Shown piece after piece: positions 9,532 through 18,068 of a stretch of 31,592 nucleotides of DNA. The translations under genes were made by a program, and so were the position numbers. Each line of letters starts with the position of its first letter. Positions within the stretch are counted from its first letter, which is position 1. Source of the stretch: Elusimicrobiota bacterium (GTDB taxonomy: Bacteria; Elusimicrobiota; Elusimicrobia; UBA1565); the NCBI GenBank assembly GCA_043819795.1, contig JBDREN010000114.1, positions 1-31,592 of the forward strand. The letters are read 5' to 3'. The notes below the pieces were generated by a model. The model worked only from the letters and a program-made list of their open reading frames with translations. It was not told where the DNA came from and ran no database searches.

Positions 9532-9534
9532 AGC

Positions 9535-9903
9535 GTGGAGAGATTAAGGATCCTGCTTGTCGACGACGAAGAGGAGCTGGTCTCCGCCCTGGTGGAGCGG
9601 CTCCGCTTTCGGAGCATCGAGTCCAAGTACGCCCTGAACGGCACCAAGGCCGTCGCGATGCTCCAGGTGGAGAGCTTCGACGCCGTCGTTCTGGATCTCA
9701 AGCTCCCGGGGATCAGCGGCGTCGATGTCCACAGCATCATCAAGAAAGAGTACCCGGACCTCCCCGTGATCCTGATCACCGGCCACGGCGCGCCGCTCGA
9801 GCAGCTCGGATTCAAGCCGGGGGAGGGCTGCGAGTTCCTGGAGAAGCCGGTCCGCATAGAGGTCCTGGTCGACAAGATCAAGGACGTGGCGAGGAAGCCG
9901 TGA
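9535..9903 (+). CDS. Single-domain response regulator
   Basis: ILLVDDE, VLDLKLPG, ITGHG, LEKP; 122 aa; GGAG RBS. Confidence 0.92.
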   Translation: MERLRILLVDDEEELVSALVERLRFRSIESKYALNGTKAVAMLQVESFDAVVLDLKLPGISGVDVHSIIKKEYPDLPVILITGHGAPLEQLGFKPGEGCEFLEKPVRIEVLVDKIKDVARKP

Positions 9904-10571
9904 GCTCCTCCGCGGACCCGGAGCGGACCCAGCTTCTCCGAGAGCGGGAACTGGCCTTTTTCGGCGCGGTCACAGCTTCCGTGTCCCACGACCTCAACAA
10001 CACCGTGGCCACGATCGAGCAAACCGCCGGGTTGCTGGAGGACATCATCCTCGAGTGCGCCGGCAGCCCGACGATCGACAAGCAGCAGGCGGGAAGGATC
10101 GCGGAACGGATCGGCAGGCAGTCACAGCGGGGGGCGGAGATCATCAGAAGGCTCCGGGCCTTCGCCCACAGCGTCGACGACCCGGAGCGCGAGATCGAGC
10201 TCAACGAGGTCGTCGAGACCGTCGTGGCCCTGGCCCGCCGCATGGCGGACCGCAAGAGAATCGCGCTCGAGCGGCGCTCCGGCCAGGAGCGGCTCACGAT
10301 CCGGAACAGCGCCTTTCGCGTGCAGCAGGCGCTCTACATCTCCATCCAAGAGGCCGTGACGATCGCCCCGGAGGGTGGAACGGTGACGCTCGGCACGATG
10401 CGCCGGGATTCCACGGCCCGCATATGCGTCGAAGGCGCCTGCGACACGCCCGGGGGAGAGCTCGATCTTCCCTTCCTGAACATATTGATGGGTCAGATCG
10501 GCGGGGAGATCGAGGCGTCGGTCAAGGATAGCCGCGCCTGCATCCAGCTCGTCTTCCGTGCTGCGTCATGA
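9900..10571 (+). CDS. Cytoplasmic HisKA protein with degenerate ATPase domain; probable histidine phosphotransferase (223 aa)
   Basis: Real start is probably GTG 9900 (GTGA overlap, GAGGA upstream) within the 9012..10571 ORF. H-box ASVSHDLNNT intact; N-box reads QQALYISIQEA; no DxGxG or GxGLG; no TM or sensor. Confidence 0.75.
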   Translation: MSSSADPERTQLLRERELAFFGAVTASVSHDLNNTVATIEQTAGLLEDIILECAGSPTIDKQQAGRIAERIGRQSQRGAEIIRRLRAFAHSVDDPEREIELNEVVETVVALARRMADRKRIALERRSGQERLTIRNSAFRVQQALYISIQEAVTIAPEGGTVTLGTMRRDSTARICVEGACDTPGGELDLPFLNILMGQIGGEIEASVKDSRACIQLVFRAAS

Positions 10572-10619
10572 ACCGCGCCGGGAGCCTGGTCGGAGAGAGG
10601 GACAAGACGGCCTAAGCTC

Positions 10620-12401
10620 ATGGACAAACAGAAGCATTATCAGAGCATCAGAAGAAGCATAATCGGCATCGTCGCGTTCGTCTCCCTGACCCCGCTCCTA
10701 ATAATGATGGGGGTCACGGCCTATGAGTTCCATACGGCGTACCGCTCCAAGGTCCTCGCCTACCTCGTGCAGGTGGTGGAGAAGCACGCCGACGACATCG
10801 ACACCTTCCTGGACGAGAGGCTGGCGGACATCCGCGTCCTGGCCGGCCTGCACTCCTTTCAGCGGCTCAGCGACGAACGATTCCTCTCGGAGCTGCTGCG
10901 GACGCTGCAGGAGCAGCATGGGGGCGTGTTCGTGGATGTGGGGCTGGTCAACCGCGAAGGCAGGCAGGTGGCCTACGCAGGGCCCTTCAAGCTAGGGAAG
11001 GCCGACTACGCCAACGCCGAGTGGTTCAAGGAGGTCGCGGGGAGGCGGTACCATGTCAGCGACGTCTTCCTCGGCCTGCGCGGCCTGCCCCACTTCATCG
11101 TCGCGGTCAAGCCGGACGCGCAGGGGAAGCCGGGCGGGGATTGGGTCCTTCGCGCGACCATCGACTTTGTGGCCTTCAACCGCCTTGTCGAGAACCTCCG
11201 TCTAGGCAATACCGGCCTGGCCTTCATCATCAACAGAGAAGGCCGGTTCCAGACCCGGCCCCGGATCGACCTAACCTCCTACGTGAACGTGCTCCAGGAC
11301 TTCATCTGGAAGGACGCCCCCGCGGGGGACGGACAGCCGCCGGCGCAGCCCAAAGGCGCCCCCTCCCACCCCGCCGACCATCCGGAACCCGCGCGACGGG
11401 TGGGCATCTTCACCGGCACGAACCCCGAATACGGGAGGGCGGCCATCTACGTGACCACGCGGCTCAAGAACGGCGGATGGGCCCTCGTCTACCAGCAGGA
11501 CAAGAGCGACGCCTACGCCAGCCTCTATCGGGCGCGAAACATCTCGATGGCGGTGGCGCTCCTGGCCGGCATCGCCGTCCTGCTCATCGCCTCCATCCTC
11601 TCGAAGCGGTTCGTCGGACAGATCGCCGAGGGAGACCGCGCGAAGGAGCTCATGAACGAGAAGATCATCGAGGCCGGCAAGCTGGCCTCGATCGGGGAGC
11701 TCGCGGCCGGGATCGCCCACGAGATCAACAATCCGGTCGCCATCGCCGTGGAGGAGTCGGGCTGGATCGGGGACCTGCTGGAGGAGTCCGAGTTCGGAGA
11801 CACGGAGAACGTGCGAGAGATCCGCCGCGCCTTGGAGCAGATCAAGAAGCAGGGCAAACGATGCAAGCAGATCACGCAGAAGCTCCTCAGCTTCGCCCGC
11901 AAGACCGACCCGGTCCAGGTGAAGATCCAGCTCAACGACCTTGTCCGCGAGGTCCGGGACCTCTCCGGCCAGCGCGCCAAGTACGAGAAGATCAAGTTCA
12001 AGATGGACCTCGCCCGGGACCTGCCCCCCATCACGATCTCGCCGTCCGAGATATCGCAGGTGCTGCTCAATCTCATCAACAACGCCATCGACGCCATCGA
12101 CCACAAGAAGGGCGGCACGGTCACCATCTCCACCCGCACGGAGAACGGGGACGTGGCGCTCAAGATCGCCGACACCGGACAGGGCATCCCCGAAGCGAAC
12201 CTGAAACGGATCTTCGATCCCTTTTTCACGACGAAGCCGGTGGGCAAGGGGACCGGCCTGGGCCTTTCCATCTGCCACGGCATCGTCGCGAAGATGGGAG
12301 GGAAGATCACCGTGGACAGCGCCGTGGGCGTCGGGACCACCTTCCACATCCGGCTCCCGCGGGAGGGGAAGATTCCCGGGGCCGGTCCGGAGCCGGCGTA
12401 G
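10620..12401 (+). CDS. Membrane sensor histidine kinase with extracytoplasmic Cache-type domain (HK2)
   Basis: Two TM segments; AHEINNP, LLNLINNAIDA, ADTGQGI, IFDPFFTTKPVGKGTGLGL. Confidence 0.94.
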   Translation: MDKQKHYQSIRRSIIGIVAFVSLTPLLIMMGVTAYEFHTAYRSKVLAYLVQVVEKHADDIDTFLDERLADIRVLAGLHSFQRLSDERFLSELLRTLQEQHGGVFVDVGLVNREGRQVAYAGPFKLGKADYANAEWFKEVAGRRYHVSDVFLGLRGLPHFIVAVKPDAQGKPGGDWVLRATIDFVAFNRLVENLRLGNTGLAFIINREGRFQTRPRIDLTSYVNVLQDFIWKDAPAGDGQPPAQPKGAPSHPADHPEPARRVGIFTGTNPEYGRAAIYVTTRLKNGGWALVYQQDKSDAYASLYRARNISMAVALLAGIAVLLIASILSKRFVGQIAEGDRAKELMNEKIIEAGKLASIGELAAGIAHEINNPVAIAVEESGWIGDLLEESEFGDTENVREIRRALEQIKKQGKRCKQITQKLLSFARKTDPVQVKIQLNDLVREVRDLSGQRAKYEKIKFKMDLARDLPPITISPSEISQVLLNLINNAIDAIDHKKGGTVTISTRTENGDVALKIADTGQGIPEANLKRIFDPFFTTKPVGKGTGLGLSICHGIVAKMGGKITVDSAVGVGTTFHIRLPREGKIPGAGPEPA

Positions 12402-12405
12402 GATC

Positions 12406-12819
12406 ATGGTAGACGAGAAACCCCCGCCGCCCGGAGCCTTGCGAGTGCTTATCGTGGACGACGAGCAGGGATTCCTCCACGTCATCCGGAAGCGGATGGT
12501 CAGGCGGAACATCGACGTCACCGCCGTCTCCACCGGGACCGAGGCGATCGGCATCCTCCGGGGAAGAGATTTCGACGTTGCCGTGGTGGACCTCAAGATG
12601 GAGGACATGGACGGGCTCGAGGTCCTCAAGATATTCAAGAAGATGGTCCCGGCTCTCCCGATCATCATGCTGACCGGACACGGCTCGGGAGAGGCCGCCA
12701 AAGAGGGCATCCGGCTGGGCGCGTTCGATTACCTGACCAAGCCATGCGACCTGGAAGAGCTCATGACGAAGATCAAAGAGGCTGTGCGGAAGGGAGGAAC
12801 GGGCAGTGGATCCCTTTAG
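12406..12819 (+). CDS. Single-domain response regulator
   Basis: VLIVDDE, VVDLKMED, LTGHG, LTKP. Confidence 0.92.
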   Translation: MVDEKPPPPGALRVLIVDDEQGFLHVIRKRMVRRNIDVTAVSTGTEAIGILRGRDFDVAVVDLKMEDMDGLEVLKIFKKMVPALPIIMLTGHGSGEAAKEGIRLGAFDYLTKPCDLEELMTKIKEAVRKGGTGSGSL

Positions 12820-13225
12820 CGTTTTGCTGGTCGACGATGAGGTGGAGTACCTAAACACCCTGGTCAAGCGCATCAAGAAGCGCGGGATCGACGTGCGCAG
12901 CGCCGGGAGCGCCGAAGAGGCGATCCGGCTGCTGGAGCAGCGGCCGGTCGACGTGGTCGTCATGGACGTGAAGATGCCCGGCATGGGCGGCATCGAGGCG
13001 CTCAAGGAGATCAAGCGGAAGCATCCCTTGACGGAAGTGATCATGCTCACCGGCCACGCGAACGTGGACGTGGCGATGGAAGGCATGCGGTTGGGGGCGT
13101 TCGACTACCTGATGAAGCCCCTGGAGATCGACGAGCTGTTGTACAAGCTCGAGGACGCGCACAAGAAGCGGTCCATCGAACTCGCGAAGATCAAGCGCGG
13201 CGAGGCGGACCAAGCGGAACGATAG
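12806..13225 (+). CDS. Single-domain response regulator
   Basis: VLLVDDE, VMDVKMPG, LTGHA, LMKP; GTG start with GGAGG RBS. Confidence 0.92.
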   Translation: MDPFSVLLVDDEVEYLNTLVKRIKKRGIDVRSAGSAEEAIRLLEQRPVDVVVMDVKMPGMGGIEALKEIKRKHPLTEVIMLTGHANVDVAMEGMRLGAFDYLMKPLEIDELLYKLEDAHKKRSIELAKIKRGEADQAER

Positions 13226-13240
13226 AGGAGCTCCATCGAG

Positions 13241-14533
13241 ATGGGATTCTTGAGACAGTGGGGAAGGTTCATGATGGCGGGGGCCGAGGCCCACGCCAGA
13301 TGGGAACTGGACGTATCGAACACTATCCTGCGCGACAAGAGGCGTGTATTCCTGCTCATCCTCCTCGTGCTTCCCGTCATCTTCCTGGGCGTCGCGTTCG
13401 CCGACCAGATCGGCGGGGCCCTCCCCGACGTCCTCGGCGGAAAGAAGGCCTACAGCCCGGCGTCCTACTCGATGGGGATACTGATGGTGTCGGTGCTGAT
13501 CGGTTTCGCCGCGGGCCTCATCACCGGATGCATCGGCGCGGGCGGCGGGTTCATCATCGCCCCCGCCCTGATGAGCGCCGGGATCAAGGGCATCCTGGCC
13601 GTGGGCACGGATCTTTTCCATATCTTCGCCAAGGCCATCATGGGCAGCGTCATCCACAAGAAGATGGGGAACGTTTCCGTACCCCTTGCCGCATTCTTCC
13701 TGATCGGGGCCATCATCGGGGCGACCATCGGCGGAGTCGCCAACCGCGTCCTCTATGAGATCAACCCCGTGCTGAGCGACGCGTTCATCACGACCATCTA
13801 CTCCCTCATGCTGGGCCTGCTCGGAACCTACGCCATGACGGACTTCCTCAAGGCCCGGCGGGCCCTGGGCGCCCCCGACGAGGGGCAGGGCAGGCCCGCG
13901 GCGAGGGCCGAGGGGGCCGACATGGGCGGCCTGCCCCAGAGGCTCCAGTCCGTCAGCCTTCCTCCCATGGTCGAGTTCGACCACGACTTCACGCCCGGCG
14001 GACGGAGGATCTCCTGGATATTCCTGGTGCTCAGCGGCTGCCTTGTGGGGCTGGCCGCGGGCATCATGGGCGTGGGCGGGGGCTTCCTCACCTTCCCCAT
14101 CTTCATCTACATGCTGGGCGTCTCTTCCATGACCACCGTCGGGACCGACATATTCCAGATCATCTTCACCGCGGGCTACGCGTCCATAAGCCAGTACGCG
14201 GTCTACGGCTTCATCTTCTACACTCTGGCCATGGGGATGCTCCTGGGCTCGCTGCTGGGCATCCAGATCGGCGCCATGGTAACTAAAGTCGTGCCGGGCA
14301 TCACCATCCGCGGCTTCTACGCCATGGCGGTCCTGGCCGGATTCGCCAACCGGATCTTCGCCCTTCCGGCGAAGCTCGGGGCATTGGGCGTCGTTCCGGT
14401 CCCCGCGGGCGTCGGCGCCGCGCTGGAGGACATCGGGGTCTACGTATTCTTCCTCGTCATCGGCGGGTTCGGGGTCTGGGTGGTGGGGACCTTCCTCCGG
14501 AATATCCGTGCCCTCAGCGGGGAGGCGGCATGA
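13241..14533 (+). CDS. Sulfite exporter TauE/SafE family membrane protein
   Basis: Duplicated motif GLITGCIGAGGGFIIAP / GLAAGIMGVGGGFLTFP, each followed by AVGTDL / TVGTDI; GAGGAG RBS. Confidence 0.9.
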   Translation: MGFLRQWGRFMMAGAEAHARWELDVSNTILRDKRRVFLLILLVLPVIFLGVAFADQIGGALPDVLGGKKAYSPASYSMGILMVSVLIGFAAGLITGCIGAGGGFIIAPALMSAGIKGILAVGTDLFHIFAKAIMGSVIHKKMGNVSVPLAAFFLIGAIIGATIGGVANRVLYEINPVLSDAFITTIYSLMLGLLGTYAMTDFLKARRALGAPDEGQGRPAARAEGADMGGLPQRLQSVSLPPMVEFDHDFTPGGRRISWIFLVLSGCLVGLAAGIMGVGGGFLTFPIFIYMLGVSSMTTVGTDIFQIIFTAGYASISQYAVYGFIFYTLAMGMLLGSLLGIQIGAMVTKVVPGITIRGFYAMAVLAGFANRIFALPAKLGALGVVPVPAGVGAALEDIGVYVFFLVIGGFGVWVVGTFLRNIRALSGEAA

Positions 14534-15222
14534 GCATCATCGCGAACAAGAAGAGGTTCTTCCTCGGCGCCGGCCTGCTCCTGACGTTCTTGATGGTGCT
14601 GGCCCTGATGTTCTGCCCCATCTTCGAGGGGCAGAACGCCCTCCAATACTCCGACGCCCTGTACAACTCCATCTCCAAGGGGTCGGCGTACTACGTCCCT
14701 CAGGCGGAGGGGGAATGCGCGAAGTTCGCCGGCGAGCCGCTCGCGGTGTCCCTGACCATGGACGACGAAGCGCAGGCGGAAAACGCCGCCCGCCTATTCA
14801 ATGCCGGCGGGGCCGAGACGACCGTGGATGGGGCGACGCTCCGCGTAAGCGGCGATCTCGGCCGGATATTGAAGAACTCCCTCGGCGACGCCGACGCCAT
14901 GTACCGCAACGACGCGGTGAAGATATCGGAGAAATACCGATACGACGCGAGGCGGGTCCTCTACGACTGGTGGACGGCCCTCAAGATGATGGACAAGGAG
15001 CTCAAGCGCCAGCGGAAGTTCGCGCAGGCGAAGCTGGTCGCCTTCGTTCAGCAAAAAGCCGTGGAAACGGCCTACAACTACTACGGCATCACGCCGCAGA
15101 AGATCACCGAGCGCGTCGGGGTCGTCATCTTCTCCCTGATCTTCTACGTCGTCTACACGGTCTGGTACGGCTTCGCCATCCTGTTCATGTTCGAAGGGCT
15201 GGGCCTCAGATTCAAGCATTGA
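14530..15222 (+). CDS. Hypothetical membrane protein (N- and C-terminal TM helices, extracytoplasmic middle), coupled to TauE
   Basis: ATGA overlap, GGAGG RBS, two hydrophobic terminal segments, GC3-rich codon usage. Confidence 0.85.
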   Translation: MSIIANKKRFFLGAGLLLTFLMVLALMFCPIFEGQNALQYSDALYNSISKGSAYYVPQAEGECAKFAGEPLAVSLTMDDEAQAENAARLFNAGGAETTVDGATLRVSGDLGRILKNSLGDADAMYRNDAVKISEKYRYDARRVLYDWWTALKMMDKELKRQRKFAQAKLVAFVQQKAVETAYNYYGITPQKITERVGVVIFSLIFYVVYTVWYGFAILFMFEGLGLRFKH

Positions 15223-15271
15223 CATACCGGCCTCCCCACTCGCCTCACCCTCTTTCCCCCGCGGGATCCGT

Positions 15272-17875
15272 ATGGGTTTTGCGCGCGACCTAATAAGAAG
15301 GCTGTTCGGATGCGGCGAGGGCCCGGGTAAAGCCGACGTCGAGGCGCTGCGCATCGCCTTCCAGGCCCGCTACCACCAGTTCAAGCTCCTCCTCAACGCC
15401 AACAACAAGGCCCTAAACGTCATGGCCGAGATCGAGCGGGCCCTCACGAGCGCCCAGCCCTTCGGAATGGCGTTCGTCCGGGAGCGCTGCACCAGGGCAT
15501 CCACCGACGTCTACCAGATAGTCAAGCATCTCGACGAGCTGGCGCCGGGCAAGTACGCGAAGCTCCCGGCCGTATTCGAGGACATCCGAGGGAAGATCGT
15601 CCCCTTCGTGCTTCCCGTGAGCCTGGAGAAGAAGGGCCCCTTGGCCATCCCCCTGGCCGAGGTGGACAAGAGCCTCGCCGACCAGGTGGGCGGCAAGATA
15701 GCCAACCTCGGAGAGATCGCCAACCGCCTCCGGCTGCGGGTCCCCGGCGGATTCGCGATCACGGCGGCAGCCTACCGGCGGTTTTTGGAGCATAACGACC
15801 TCCAAGCCGAGATCGACCGGCGCATACAGGCCGCCGAGGTGGAGCAGCTGGACCAACGCTACGCCCTGAGCGCCGGTCTCCAGCAGCTGATCATCCGCGC
15901 ATCCGTGCCGGAAGACATCGAGCGGGCCGTGGCCGAGCAGTACCGCCGCTTGGAGAAGGAGGAGGGAGCGGAGGTCGCCCTCGCCATGCGCAGCAGCGCC
16001 CTGGGCGAAGACGTCTTCGGGGCGTCCTTCGCCGGCCAATACCGGTCGGAGCTCAACGTCAGCCGGGAGAGCCTTCTGCAAGCCTACAAGGAGATCGTAG
16101 CCAGCAAATACAGCCTGCCCGCCATGTCGTACCGTCTCAATCGGGGCATCCGGGACGAGGACGTGGCCATGTGCGTGGGCTGTCTGCGCATGGTGGACGC
16201 CGTCTCGGGCGGGGTAATGTATTCCCGCGATCCCCTGAACATCCGGGACGATGCGATCGTCATCAATTCGGCATGGGGGCTCCCCAAAACGGTCGTCGAC
16301 GGCAGCGCGGCTACGGATACGTTCTATGTGAGCAGGGCCGATCCCCCGGCCGTCCGCCACAAGCAGATAGCCCTCAAAGAGAGGAAATACGCCTGCGATG
16401 CGGGTGAGGGAGTCCTGCGCGTGCTCATCGCCGTCGAGGAGCGGAGGAAGCCCTCGCTGACCGAAGCCCAAGCCCTCGCGCTCGCGCGCACGGCCGTCAG
16501 CCTGGAGCGGCACTACGGGATCCCTCAAGACGTCGAATGGGCCCTGGCCGAGGACGGGGCCGTCACCGTGCTTCAATGCCGCCCGCTGCGGCAGTCCGAT
16601 GCGGGGCGCGCGGCGGGCCCCGGGCAGATTCCGGGCAAGGACCCGGGGCCAGTCATCCTGCGCGGCGGGGTCGTGGCCAGCCCGGGCGCCGCGGCCGGCC
16701 GTGTCTTCGTCGTCAAGAAGGACGCCGACGCGCTCCGGTTCCCCCAAGGAGGCGTCCTGGTAGCCGCGCAGGCCCTTCCCCGCTGGGCCTCCCTGCTCGA
16801 CCGGGCCGCCGCCGTGGTCACCGAACAGGGGAGCCTCGCCGGCCACTTGGCCAACGTGGCCCGGGAGTTCGGCGTCCCCGCGCTCTTTGGAGCGAGCGGC
16901 GCCCTGGAGAAGCTCGAAAATGGCCGCCTGATCACCGTGGACGCGGACGGCCGGACGGTCTATGAGGACAGGATCGAAAGCCTGCTCGCGACATGCGGGA
17001 GGCGGAAGAGCCTGATGGAAGGCAGCCCCGTATTCGAGGCTCTCAAGGGCGCGGCCGAGCACATCGTGCCGCTGAGACTCCTAGACCCCGACGCTGTCTC
17101 CTTCAAGCCCGAGAACTGCGGGACGTTCCACGACATCACCCGGTTCTGCCACGAGAAATCGGTCTCTGAAATGTTCCGTTTCGGCAAGGACCACAGCTTC
17201 CCCGAGCGCTCGAGCAAGCAGTTGATCGCCGAGGTACCCATGAAATGGTGGGTCCTCAACCTCGACGACGGATTCCGGGAGGAGGTGGACGGCTCGTGGG
17301 TCGAATTAGGGAACATCGTCTCCATTCCCATGCTGGCCCTTTGGGAGGGCATCACCAGGTTCCCCTGGGAGGGCCCGCCGCCCATCGACGCCAAAGGCTT
17401 CCTGTCGGTGATGTTCCAGGCCACCGCCAATCCCGCCCTAACGCCCGGCGCCCGCTCGTCCTACGGGGACCGCAACTACTTCATGATCTCGAAGAACTAC
17501 TGCAGCCTGGTCTCCCGGCTGGGCTTTCACTTCTCCATCGTCGAGGCCTTGGTGGGCGACCGCCCCCGCGAGAACTACATCAGGTTCCAGTTCAAGGGCG
17601 GGGCGACCGACTTCCAGAGGAGGCGGAAGCGGGTCCTTTTCGTGGCGGATATCGTCGAAGAGCACGGGTTCCAAACGGACGTAAGGGAGGACAACCTGAT
17701 CGCGCGCGTGGAGGATCTGGAGAAGGACCTGATGGAATCCCACCTCAAGATCCTCGGCTATTTGAGCATCCACACCAGGCAGCTGGACATGGTCATGACC
17801 GACGAGGCGGCGACATGCCGCTGCCGGTCCAAGATCGACAGGGAGATCAAGGAGATGCTGGGGCGATCACCCTAA
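15272..17875 (+). CDS. PEP synthase/PPDK-like protein: ATP-grasp domain + phospho-His swivel domain + non-canonical C-terminal domain
   Basis: VGGKIANLGE, VPGGFAIT, AMRSSALGED-SFAGQY, SGGVMYSRDP, PQDVEWA, LQCRPL; swivel TEQGSLAGHLANVAREFGVP; C-terminus lacks PEP-binding barrel motifs (e.g. FSIGxNDL). Confidence 0.88.
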   Translation: MGFARDLIRRLFGCGEGPGKADVEALRIAFQARYHQFKLLLNANNKALNVMAEIERALTSAQPFGMAFVRERCTRASTDVYQIVKHLDELAPGKYAKLPAVFEDIRGKIVPFVLPVSLEKKGPLAIPLAEVDKSLADQVGGKIANLGEIANRLRLRVPGGFAITAAAYRRFLEHNDLQAEIDRRIQAAEVEQLDQRYALSAGLQQLIIRASVPEDIERAVAEQYRRLEKEEGAEVALAMRSSALGEDVFGASFAGQYRSELNVSRESLLQAYKEIVASKYSLPAMSYRLNRGIRDEDVAMCVGCLRMVDAVSGGVMYSRDPLNIRDDAIVINSAWGLPKTVVDGSAATDTFYVSRADPPAVRHKQIALKERKYACDAGEGVLRVLIAVEERRKPSLTEAQALALARTAVSLERHYGIPQDVEWALAEDGAVTVLQCRPLRQSDAGRAAGPGQIPGKDPGPVILRGGVVASPGAAAGRVFVVKKDADALRFPQGGVLVAAQALPRWASLLDRAAAVVTEQGSLAGHLANVAREFGVPALFGASGALEKLENGRLITVDADGRTVYEDRIESLLATCGRRKSLMEGSPVFEALKGAAEHIVPLRLLDPDAVSFKPENCGTFHDITRFCHEKSVSEMFRFGKDHSFPERSSKQLIAEVPMKWWVLNLDDGFREEVDGSWVELGNIVSIPMLALWEGITRFPWEGPPPIDAKGFLSVMFQATANPALTPGARSSYGDRNYFMISKNYCSLVSRLGFHFSIVEALVGDRPRENYIRFQFKGGATDFQRRRKRVLFVADIVEEHGFQTDVREDNLIARVEDLEKDLMESHLKILGYLSIHTRQLDMVMTDEAATCRCRSKIDREIKEMLGRSP

Positions 17876-18006
17876 CAGTCCGTGTCACAAGTCTTCCGGG
17901 GCCTGTAATCGTCTGGATGCGGCCTGCGCCTGCGCTGCTCCTTGGTCACGCCGGGCCCCGGCAGGGGCCCAGTGCATCGGCTCGCCCCAGACGATTTCGC
18001 CATCCG
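17876..18006. mobile_element. Partial MITE/REP-like element, copy 2 (left end + hairpin + truncated right end)
   Basis: Begins immediately after the TAA stop; GGGCCCC-GGCA-GGGGCCC hairpin; AATCGTCTGG / CCAGACGATT internal inverted repeat; 30 nt identical to 3512-3541. Confidence 0.6.
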
Positions 18007-18068
18007 CGATTCATGACGCTGGCCTCGGCCGCATATCGCGGGTCAAGCGTTTTTGGAAACGTCCGTGA

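Noticed and set aside
9012..9899. N-terminal 296 codons of the 519-aa ORF call
   Set aside because: Out-of-frame overlap with HK1 and the receiver gene; the real start is probably GTG 9900
18003..18068. TGA readthrough, selenocysteine or frameshift restoring the CsgG-like N-terminus
   Set aside because: Upstream translation in all three forward frames gives no signal peptide or CsgG-like sequence
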